A DNA stretch of 64,000 bases. Source: Alphaproteobacteria bacterium (lineage in GTDB: Bacteria > Pseudomonadota > Alphaproteobacteria > RF32 > CAG-239). A model generated the notes under the pieces. That model was not told where the DNA came from and did not search any database. It saw nothing but the letters and a program-made list of their open reading frames with translations. The translations under genes and the position numbers were made by a program. The stretch covers positions 11,079 through 75,078 of the forward strand of contig JAGBDC010000024.1 of the NCBI GenBank assembly GCA_017937705.1, written 5' to 3'. Shown piece by piece: positions 35,049 through 44,100 of this stretch. Within the stretch, counting starts at the first letter, position 1, and each line of letters starts with the position of its first letter.

Positions 35049-36719
35049 GTGGATAAAGCTATGCTATCAAAATCTATAAAATTAAGTATCTTAAGCTTGT
35101 TAGGGGTTATTTTTGCTGAACAAGCCTTTGCTCAAGCAACCATTAACAGCATGGATCAAAATGCTGATCAGTCACAAGGACAATATCAGCCTATGGATAT
35201 GAGTTATGCCGGATTTAATTCTTTAGGTATGATGCAAAGTGCATGGCTTGATCCCTTGCAAAACTTAGGAGAAGGACAATCTAAGCCGGCATATTCGAAA
35301 TATTATTGGTCACCGGATTTGGTTCTCCCTCTTCGTTTGAGAGAAGGTATGATTACTCTCATCAATTTTCCTGAATGGGAAATGGTAGAAGATATATATA
35401 TCGGTGATAACTCTACCTTTGACGGACAGATTTCAGGTCCTAGTACTCTGTTGCTATATCCTCGCAAAGGTGCAAATGTCGGTGTAGATACCAATATTAT
35501 CGTATTTGGACGTTCCGGTAATCGTTATGTCTTTTATGTTCGCAGTGAAGGCGTAAACACCGAGCGCTTAACAAACTCAATAGTTGATATTGATGTAATA
35601 GGTGATGAAAACGGAGGATCCGGCTTGGGAAAGGCTGGAGCCGGTAACAGTGGTGGTCGTGTTAATGCCAGTAAATTTTATGGAGCCGGCGGAAAATCTG
35701 TAGATTCAACTTTTACTAAGAGAAATCAAAAAAATAATTGGGTAGAGAGTGTTCCGCTCGATCCTACAAAATTTCGTTTTGACATAGAAGTTTATGTTCC
35801 AAACCCTGACGATGTTGTGATTGCTCCGGAACGTGTATGGCGAGACGATATTTTCACCTATATAGATTTAGGTGCAAAGTCGCTTAATATGACACAACGC
35901 CCGATAGTTACTCTCATTGTTGAAAGAATGGAAGTTCCTGTCGGTTTCAGAACTAAAGGGCCTAATAATCGTTTAATTATTGTTGAAGCCATCGGTGATA
36001 TGGTGCTCAGAAACGGAAAAAGAATTGTCTGCTTAAAATTACGTCGTTCGGATGATGCAGGTATTGAAGACAGTATTACTTATGCTGATGACATTACTGA
36101 CAACGAATGGGACAGAGGTGCAAAAATCCCCGAAGGAATAAAAGCCAGAGCAGGCGGTGCAAGCTATCCTGATTTAAGCATGGGAGGAGCTGGTGTTGCA
36201 GCTAATTATCCGATGGTTGATACAAGAGGCGGTGGTCAATTTGCATCTCCTGAATATGGTAATAGCGGAGCTAACGGTTTTGGCATGATGCCAAATCAAG
36301 GAGGTGTTCAAGGTCAATACGGTGCAGAATATGATGCAGGAAATGGCGGATTCGATTATTCTAAAATGCATCGTATTCAAAATACACAACAATTTGATCC
36401 TGCGGCCAGTAACTTAGCAAGCCAATATCGTTTTGGTTCTGGTTTCAGTGATGGTGCCGGTTCTAATATCTCAATAGAATTAGGAACTGATGCTAATGTA
36501 GAAAACTTAGAAAATTTATGGGATAATTTATCCGGTAAATATTCTAAAATATTAAGAAGTTATGATCCGTTTTTCTCAGTTGATGCTCCGGCAGACGGAC
36601 AAGGAAAAGAGCTTTTCCATCTTCGTATCGGACCGGTAAAAACGCTCGACGAAGGTGATAGTGTTTGCAGTAAATTGGGTAGAAATGGTGTATTTTGTAG
36701 TGTGGTCAGGACCCAATGA
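35049..36719 (+). CDS. virB9: T4SS protein VirB9 with C-terminal SPOR-like domain
   Basis: 556 aa from a GTG at 35049. An ATG at 35061 after AAGGTGG is an equally good start. A signal peptide is followed by a VirB9/CagX N-domain (LPLRLREGMITLINFP...IIVFGRSGNRYVFYV) and C-domain (PERVWRDDIFTYIDLG...). A Gly-rich linker leads to ISIELGTD...FHLRIGPVKTLDEGDSVCSKLGRNGVFCSVV, which fits the SPOR (PF05036) pattern. Confidence 0.8.
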   Translation: MDKAMLSKSIKLSILSLLGVIFAEQAFAQATINSMDQNADQSQGQYQPMDMSYAGFNSLGMMQSAWLDPLQNLGEGQSKPAYSKYYWSPDLVLPLRLREGMITLINFPEWEMVEDIYIGDNSTFDGQISGPSTLLLYPRKGANVGVDTNIIVFGRSGNRYVFYVRSEGVNTERLTNSIVDIDVIGDENGGSGLGKAGAGNSGGRVNASKFYGAGGKSVDSTFTKRNQKNNWVESVPLDPTKFRFDIEVYVPNPDDVVIAPERVWRDDIFTYIDLGAKSLNMTQRPIVTLIVERMEVPVGFRTKGPNNRLIIVEAIGDMVLRNGKRIVCLKLRRSDDAGIEDSITYADDITDNEWDRGAKIPEGIKARAGGASYPDLSMGGAGVAANYPMVDTRGGGQFASPEYGNSGANGFGMMPNQGGVQGQYGAEYDAGNGGFDYSKMHRIQNTQQFDPAASNLASQYRFGSGFSDGAGSNISIELGTDANVENLENLWDNLSGKYSKILRSYDPFFSVDAPADGQGKELFHLRIGPVKTLDEGDSVCSKLGRNGVFCSVVRTQ

Positions 36720-39700
36720 GTAAAGAAGTGAGTAAAGAAGTTTTAACACATTCGGAAAGTTATATCAAAAAAACCAACCGCATAATTCTTGCGGTTGGTA
36801 TAACTTCTTTCGTGATTTTCCTTTTAGGTATGTATTTGCTCATGTCAAGTGATGAGCAAATAGAACAATATAGCGAACCTGTTTTCAGTCAAAACGATGA
36901 TGCTTTTAGTGTTATCAATTCTGCTCCGGTAGAGGATAGCATAGAATTTAGTGTTGTGGATGATGGAGTTGTTCCTATTACAACAACTCCTAATCCTATT
37001 GCATTGGGTCAAGTTGTTATCGGCGCAGATGCAAAAAATGTGCTGACAATAGGTACAAACGGAAAAGCTGCGGTAACGGTTATTTCCGTACAATTGGCAG
37101 AAGCTCCGTTTGATGGTTTTGAATATAACGACCAATGCTCCGGAAAAATTCTGCGAGGTAAAGAAACTTGCGATGTTACGATGAACTGGGTTCCTGTAGT
37201 TTCAGGAAATGTTCAAAATAATTTTATTATTTCTTGGCACGAAAGTAATGTCGGACAATCTAACGCAAAATCTGAAAAAGTTCCCGTTTTCGGAAACGCC
37301 GTAACTAAAGAAGATTGTAATTTTTGTGATACTAATGTGATAGGCGGGGGAGCTACCCTTGGAGGAAAGGATGGAGAAAAATCGGTTACTCAATCTCGAG
37401 CTATTGTAGGTCCGGATGGTTCGGTTATAGGATTTGCCGATGAAGACGGATATGTATATGATTCAAGCAATCAAGTTATAGGTCGTGTTAATGAAAACGG
37501 ACTGGTTGTTGATGGCGAAGGAAATATTATAGGTGTCGCTAACAACAGAAAGCTTGTTTATGATGAAAACGGAAACGTAATCGGTTATGTAAATCCTGAC
37601 GGCACGGTTGTTGATTTAAATGGTAACGTTATAGGTAGAATGTTACCCGATGGAACGGTAGTTGATTCTAATGGTAATGTAATCGGTCACGCTGTTGATA
37701 TGGGTTATGTTTATGATGAAAACGGTAATATCATCGGACGAGTGATGCCTGACGGAACCGTTGTTGATTTAGATGGTAATGTTATCGGACGTCTTAATGA
37801 AAAAGGCGAAGTAGTAGATGAAAGCGGAAATGTAATCGGTTATGTAACGAAAACCGGACGCGTTGCGGTTGATGAAAATGGTAACATTATTGGTGTCGTG
37901 ATGCCGGATGGCAGTGTGGTTGATGCCAATGGTGATGTTGTCGGCAGAGTAGATAAAGATGGAAATGTAATAGCAGACAAAAGTTTAACTGCTCAAAAAG
38001 TAAGTCGTCGCTTAGTTCATAACAAAGATGGGCAGGTTGTAGGCTTTGTAGATACAGATGGAACGGTTCGTGACTTTAATAATAACGTAATAGGTCGTAC
38101 ACGTCCTGATGGTACGGTTGTTGATACCAATGGTAATGTTTTGACTGAAGCGGGTTCCTTATTGGCTTATGATAATGATGGTAAGGTTATCGGCTATGTT
38201 GATAAGGAAGGTAATGTTATCGGCGAAGGTGGTAAAAAACTCGGAATTATGGCTGCTAACGGGATGATTGTCGATGGAGCGGGAAATATAATCGGTCGCT
38301 CTGCTCCCGAAAGCGATAAAAGCGCAACAATAAGCAAACTCGCTTATGATAAAAGCGGTAATCTTATGGGCTATGTTGACGGTGAAGGCAAAGTTCGAGA
38401 TTTTAAGGGAGATGTAATAGGAACTGTTGACAGTAAGGGGGAAGTTGTTGATAAAAACGGTAATATCATAGGAAAAGCCCCCGGACAGAAACTTGCTTAT
38501 GATAAAGATGGTAATGTTATCGGGTATATTGATGAAAATGGTAATGTTTACGATTTTGAAGGTAATCTTATCGGCAAAATGCAAGAAGATGGCACGATTG
38601 TTGATAAAGACGGCAATATAATAGGAACAGCCAGAGATGCCGAAAGTAATCTTCGTCTCGCTTATGATAATAGCGGAAGTGTTATGGGCTACGTTGACTC
38701 CAAGGGTAATGTATTCGGAGACAGCGGTAAAAAAATCGGAACTCTTAAGGAAGACGGAGAGATTATCGATGCGTTTGGTAATGTTATCGGCAAAATCAGT
38801 AGCGGAAAAAGTCGTCGATTAGCTTATGATAAAGACGGAAACGTCATCGGTTACGTTGACGAAAACGGTAATGTTTATGACTTTGAAGGAAATGTTATCG
38901 GTAAAATGCTTGAAGATGGCACAATTATCGATGAAAATGGAAATGTTATCGGACAGGCCGGTTTGATGTCGCGCCAATTAGCTTATGATAATAGCGGAAA
39001 CGTTATGGGCTATGTTGATGAAAACGGAAACGTTGTTAATTTTAACGGTGATGCAATCGGAAAAATGGTTTCTTCCGGAAAAATAGTTGATTCCGCTGGA
39101 AAAGAGATAGGATCTGTTGGTGGATTTGCAAATATTTTGTTGGATAAAAACAGTAAAATTATAGGTTATGTCGGAAGCGATGGAGAAGTTTTTGATACAG
39201 AAGGTAATGTAATCGGTTATGTAGATGAAAAAGGTGAGATAATAAATAATACCCAGACTGTTTTGGGTAAGCTAATTCAAGATCAAATGATTCCGGTAAC
39301 TCCTAAAGGCGAAGTTTTAGGTATTGTTCGTAATAACGGAGATATCGAAAATGATGAAAAACAAATTGTCGGACGAGTTCAATCAAACGGATTGGTAAAA
39401 AGCCCCAGCGGTTCACGCATTATTGCTCGCATGGTAAAAGGCGGTTTAGTCGTCGGTCGCGGATGTAAAAATATCGGATATTTGGAAAAAGACGGAATTG
39501 TACGCAAAGCAAATACCGAAACCGGATACAAGGTAAATTTCGATGGAGTGGTTGTTGATGACAGTGGTCAATATATCGGTGAAGTTGTTGTTCCCGGACC
39601 TGTGTTTGATGATACCTGTACTAAAATCGGAGATGTCGGTACAGACGGAATTGTTCGTCAAAACGGCAGCTATGTAGGATGTGTTAATCCGGATGGCACC

Positions 39701-41128
39701 GTATTAAACGAAAAAGGGGATATTATCGGAGGTGTTTCAAGATCCGGAATTGCGGTTAGTTACAATGGAAACTTATTAGGAAAAATATCTGAAAACGGTT
39801 TGGTATTTTCTCCGCAAGGTCAAGCTGTCGGTTGCGTAGGTACATACGGAGATGTGTTTGATAAAAAAGGAGCATATTTAGGAAAAGCATTAGAGCATAC
39901 GTATGCTTATGATTTAGATGGAAACTTCCTAAATATGGTGAACTCAAGTGCCCGTGTTCCGATTAGGGGGCAATCTTCAGGAAAATTATTGGCTCACAAC
40001 GTGATTATTGATGAAAACAGCAAAGTCATAGGTGTCGCCGTAAAAGCCAAAACAACCATGATTGATAAGCAAGGAAAAGTTATCGGTCACTTATTCCCTG
40101 ACGGGCATGTCTATGACGGAAAAGGCGTATCTGCCGGTAAGATGTATGGAGACGGTTTCAGTTTCTATAATCATCAGTTAGGCCGCCCTGTAGCATCGGG
40201 TCAGGTTGCTGATTTCGGAGGAAAAGTGGTAGGTATTGCCGGATATAATGGTGAAGTTGTTACTCGATTTGGCGAAAAACTAGGTCGTTTAGATGCTAAA
40301 GGATTTTTCTTTGACAATAAAGGTGATTTGAAAGGTGGTATCGTAAAACGCGGTGCAGCTATCGGTTATGATGGTGCTTTTTTAGGATATAGCTTATCAG
40401 ACGGAAGAATTATCGATTTGGAAGGTAAAAATGTAGGAAGAAGCACACCTGACGGAAAAGTATTAAATAATAAATCGGTTGTCGTTGGAGAAATTATATC
40501 GGAAGATATTGTGGTTGATGTTTGGGGAACATATAAGGGACACATAAACTCTTTAGGCGATGTAATCGACTTGAACGGAAAGAATATCACGGCAATTCTT
40601 CCGGGAGGTTCTACCGATAAAAACTTAAGTCTGCTACGTCGTGGTGCGGTTATTGATTTTAGCGGTAAAGTTATAGGTTCAGTAATGCCTAACGGAACGG
40701 TTATAGATGTTCTAAATATTGTTATCGGTCGCTCTTTATCTGACGGAAACGTTCTGAACAATTCCGGAAAACTTATCGGAGAAATTGTTGACGGTGATTT
40801 AGTTATCAATGGCGAAGATAAAGTAATAGGATATGTGAGTATAGACGGTTCGGTTATAGATAAAAACGGAGCGGTTATAGGAAGAACTCTTTCTACGGAT
40901 TTAGCTGTAGACAGTAATGATGAAATCTTAGGACGCATATATAAAATCGGAGCTACCGTTTTAGGCAACACCGGAAGGTATATCGGACGATTGTCGTCTA
41001 ACGGGTCTGTAATAGATACCGAAAATAAAATTATCGGCTACCTAAAGAGTAACGGCTCATTTATCAATCTTGATAAACGTGTTGCCGGATATGCTCTTCA
41101 GGAAGTGGCTAAAAATCGGAGGAACTGA
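36716..41128 (+). CDS. membrane-anchored giant repeat protein (1470 aa; ~17-residue DGxVVDxxGNVIG repeats)
   Basis: The ATGA overlaps the virB9 stop. An N-terminal TM helix (ILAVGITSFVIFLLGMYLLM) is followed by a ~110-aa Ig-like module. From about aa 225 to the C-terminus the sequence is an uninterrupted array of repeats, for example PDGTVVDLNGNVIGRML / PDGTVVDSNGNVIGHAVDM / GYVYDENGNIIGRVM. Confidence 0.85.
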   Translation: MSKEVSKEVLTHSESYIKKTNRIILAVGITSFVIFLLGMYLLMSSDEQIEQYSEPVFSQNDDAFSVINSAPVEDSIEFSVVDDGVVPITTTPNPIALGQVVIGADAKNVLTIGTNGKAAVTVISVQLAEAPFDGFEYNDQCSGKILRGKETCDVTMNWVPVVSGNVQNNFIISWHESNVGQSNAKSEKVPVFGNAVTKEDCNFCDTNVIGGGATLGGKDGEKSVTQSRAIVGPDGSVIGFADEDGYVYDSSNQVIGRVNENGLVVDGEGNIIGVANNRKLVYDENGNVIGYVNPDGTVVDLNGNVIGRMLPDGTVVDSNGNVIGHAVDMGYVYDENGNIIGRVMPDGTVVDLDGNVIGRLNEKGEVVDESGNVIGYVTKTGRVAVDENGNIIGVVMPDGSVVDANGDVVGRVDKDGNVIADKSLTAQKVSRRLVHNKDGQVVGFVDTDGTVRDFNNNVIGRTRPDGTVVDTNGNVLTEAGSLLAYDNDGKVIGYVDKEGNVIGEGGKKLGIMAANGMIVDGAGNIIGRSAPESDKSATISKLAYDKSGNLMGYVDGEGKVRDFKGDVIGTVDSKGEVVDKNGNIIGKAPGQKLAYDKDGNVIGYIDENGNVYDFEGNLIGKMQEDGTIVDKDGNIIGTARDAESNLRLAYDNSGSVMGYVDSKGNVFGDSGKKIGTLKEDGEIIDAFGNVIGKISSGKSRRLAYDKDGNVIGYVDENGNVYDFEGNVIGKMLEDGTIIDENGNVIGQAGLMSRQLAYDNSGNVMGYVDENGNVVNFNGDAIGKMVSSGKIVDSAGKEIGSVGGFANILLDKNSKIIGYVGSDGEVFDTEGNVIGYVDEKGEIINNTQTVLGKLIQDQMIPVTPKGEVLGIVRNNGDIENDEKQIVGRVQSNGLVKSPSGSRIIARMVKGGLVVGRGCKNIGYLEKDGIVRKANTETGYKVNFDGVVVDDSGQYIGEVVVPGPVFDDTCTKIGDVGTDGIVRQNGSYVGCVNPDGTVLNEKGDIIGGVSRSGIAVSYNGNLLGKISENGLVFSPQGQAVGCVGTYGDVFDKKGAYLGKALEHTYAYDLDGNFLNMVNSSARVPIRGQSSGKLLAHNVIIDENSKVIGVAVKAKTTMIDKQGKVIGHLFPDGHVYDGKGVSAGKMYGDGFSFYNHQLGRPVASGQVADFGGKVVGIAGYNGEVVTRFGEKLGRLDAKGFFFDNKGDLKGGIVKRGAAIGYDGAFLGYSLSDGRIIDLEGKNVGRSTPDGKVLNNKSVVVGEIISEDIVVDVWGTYKGHINSLGDVIDLNGKNITAILPGGSTDKNLSLLRRGAVIDFSGKVIGSVMPNGTVIDVLNIVIGRSLSDGNVLNNSGKLIGEIVDGDLVINGEDKVIGYVSIDGSVIDKNGAVIGRTLSTDLAVDSNDEILGRIYKIGATVLGNTGRYIGRLSSNGSVIDTENKIIGYLKSNGSFINLDKRVAGYALQEVAKNRRN
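38159..39290 (+). repeat. higher-order tandem repeat inside the giant gene (~7 copies of a ~51-55-codon unit)
   Basis: The units begin LLAYDNDGKVIGYVD, KLAYDKSGNLMGYVD, KLAYDKDGNVIGYID, RLAYDNSGSVMGYVD, RLAYDKDGNVIGYVD, QLAYDNSGNVMGYVD and LLDKNSKIIGYVG. Units 3 and 5 look roughly 80% identical at DNA level by eye. Confidence 0.6.
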
Positions 41129-41130
41129 CA

Positions 41131-44100
41131 TTGATATTAAAGTTAAATAGCAAAATCTGCAAATTTTTCCAAACAATTGGTCTGGCAGTTTTTATGCTGT
41201 GTTCCGGAAATGCGGTAGCACAGGAAATTACGGCTATTGACTTTAATGGAGATTTAATCGGTAAAGTGATTCCGGATGGTAAGGTTGTAAGTTTCGATAA
41301 TCAGCTTATCGGAAACATAACAGCGGACAGTTTGATTGTTGATTTTAATGGTAAACTTATCGGTGGTGTAATTCCTAGAGGTATTGCTATAGGTAATGAT
41401 AATCGTATGCTCGGAAAAGTAAGCAATGACGGTACCGTGCGTTTATCCACCGGAAAGATTATAGGTAAAGTATTACCTAACGGTTTGGTGGTTGATGATA
41501 AGTTTGATATTTTGGGTTCGGTTTTGTTCCCCGGTCTTATATATTCCGATGAAGGTCAAACTATGGGACGCCTAACCGGTGACGGTATGTATGCCAATTT
41601 ACAAGGTCAGACAATCGGTTTCGTATCTCCGGACGGATATGCATATCGCAAAATAGGTAATGATTATATTCTGGATGGTCGCCTGATTTCTTCGAAAATG
41701 GTTATAGATTCCACAGGACAATTTATAGGTAGTATTGCTCCAGGTGGAAAAATTACTAACTTTGACGGTAAAAATATCGGTTTTATAAAAGCAAATGGTT
41801 TTGCATATAATGAAGATAATAAAGTTATCGGTAGTATTGTTCGTTCAGGATATGCATTTGATATTGCCGGAAAATATTTGGGATTAGTTACCTATAACGG
41901 CGAAGTTATTAATGGTGAAAAACTGGTAGGATATTTACAGGTTGACGGCAGTATTGCCAATACCGGTGGTGAAATTATCGGTTTTATGGTTGATATAGCC
42001 GCAACTGCCGCTGATAATACCGGCAAATATCTTGGTCGCATTATGCCTGAAGGTAAAATAGCCAGAGGTAGAAATATTATCGGACAAATAGGACCGTGGA
42101 ATGTTATTTATGATAGAGAAGGTAATCAAATAGGTAAAGAAATCATATCCGGACCTATTTTCGATTATAGAGGCGGTTTGAGAGCTCATGCACTTAAAAA
42201 TGGTCGCGTAATTTTACTCGGGGGTACTCCGCTCGGAACAATGAAAGGTGATTTAGCTATTGATTCTACAGGACAAGTTATTGGTTCTGTTTTACGCAAT
42301 CAAGTTGTGTTTAATGCTAACAATCAACCGATGGGAATTACCGGCATAAATTCAACAATTACCAACAGTGATGATACAAGGATAGTATCTCCTTTCGGAT
42401 ATGTATACAATCCGGAGGGAGGGATAGACGGAAGTACAGTTCCTTTAGGTGGTGTATTCGGTCTCGGTGGTTCTCCTTTGGCAATGATTTCTCCTAACGG
42501 AGAGCTGATAAACAAAGGAGCCGTTCAACAAGGAAAATTAACTCAATTCGGTTTTGATATCAGCGAGCGTAATGCTGTTCTGGGCGGTAATATAAATGTT
42601 GATTATGCTGTTGATTTTAAGGGTGCAAGCTTGGGTGCTTTAGCTGACGGTAACCAAATACTTAATAAAAATTTAGATGTTTTCGCAAAAATTTTGCCGG
42701 ATATGAGTGTTATTTCGGGAGTAGACAAATCAACATATATGCCGGTTGAAGGAAAAGCTTCTTCCGCAACATTGGCATTAGCATACGATGGTACATTACT
42801 GGGGTTTGTCGACAACCAAGGGCTGGTAAAAGATGCTGCTTCTACAATTGTCGGAAAAGTCAGTTCTAAAGGTATGGTTTTTGATAATACCGGTATAAGC
42901 ATTGGTGAAGTCATAAATTATAGTCCTGTAATAAATAATAAATGTGAGTTTATAGGTGTTGTTTCTCCATCGGGAGAAGTCAAAAATTATCGAGAAGTGT
43001 CTATGGGTAAGGCACTTGCTAACGGAAATGTTGTTGCCGATGGAGGCAGTATGATAGGCTTTGCCATTCCGAAAGGTACGATAGTTGATTTTGGCGGACA
43101 AGTTATCGGTACAACAACATCAAACGGAAAAGTGCTTAATTATTCCGGAGAGAATTTAGGTTGTATCGACAGACAGCATCGTTTATACAATAAACAAAAT
43201 GCGCTAATCGGAAAGTTGGCAATTATTGCTCCGGTTATGGATTTGAATAATAAAATTATCGGTCGTAGTATGATTGACGGAAGTGTCGTTAATGATAGCA
43301 GTCAAAATATCGGATATATTTTACCTGATGATTCGGTTAATTCTAAAACCGGAGAAAAAATGGGTATGTTATTCAAATATCGTTATGCTTTTGATAAGAA
43401 CAACAAGCTGGCCGGTATAGTTAACGACAAAGCCGAAGTTATAAACTCTAAAGGTCAAAAAACAGGTAATGTTGATATAGACGGAAATGCTACTATAAAC
43501 GGTGACTCTAAAGGTTATGCTTTATATGATATGTATGTGTATGGTGATAACAATACCGTTATCGGTTATATTGCTCCGGACGGAAATATCATATCCTTTA
43601 CAAATCAAAAATTAGGCAAATTGGTCAGAGGTTTTGCTGTCGATAATAAAGGTAAAATGTTTGCTCGAGGAAATCGTGATTTTTATATAGCTAACAAAAA
43701 TGGTGACACAATCGGTGAACTTAGATTTGACGGAAATGTTGTTAATAACAACGGAGAAGTTATCGGTTCTTTGGGTGTTGCCGGAGATATTGAGGCTACT
43801 GACGGCGAAGTTATAGCAACAGCAAAACCGTTACAATATTATGAAGCAGAAAAGAAAAAACCGGTATATGATCAAAACGGCAATGTTATCGGTTATGTCG
43901 GCGAAGACAATAAAATTGTTGATGCAAAAGGCAATCTTATCGGCCAATTGGCGAAAGATGGTTCGGCAATCAGTGTTGATGGTGATGTTATCGGAAATAC
44001 TAAACTTGATTGGTATGAACGCCCGACGGTTCGTGATCAAAATTTGCCCGAGGTTGGAAGTATAGAAGTTAAAGAAAGTGATTATAAAAAATCGGTTAAT

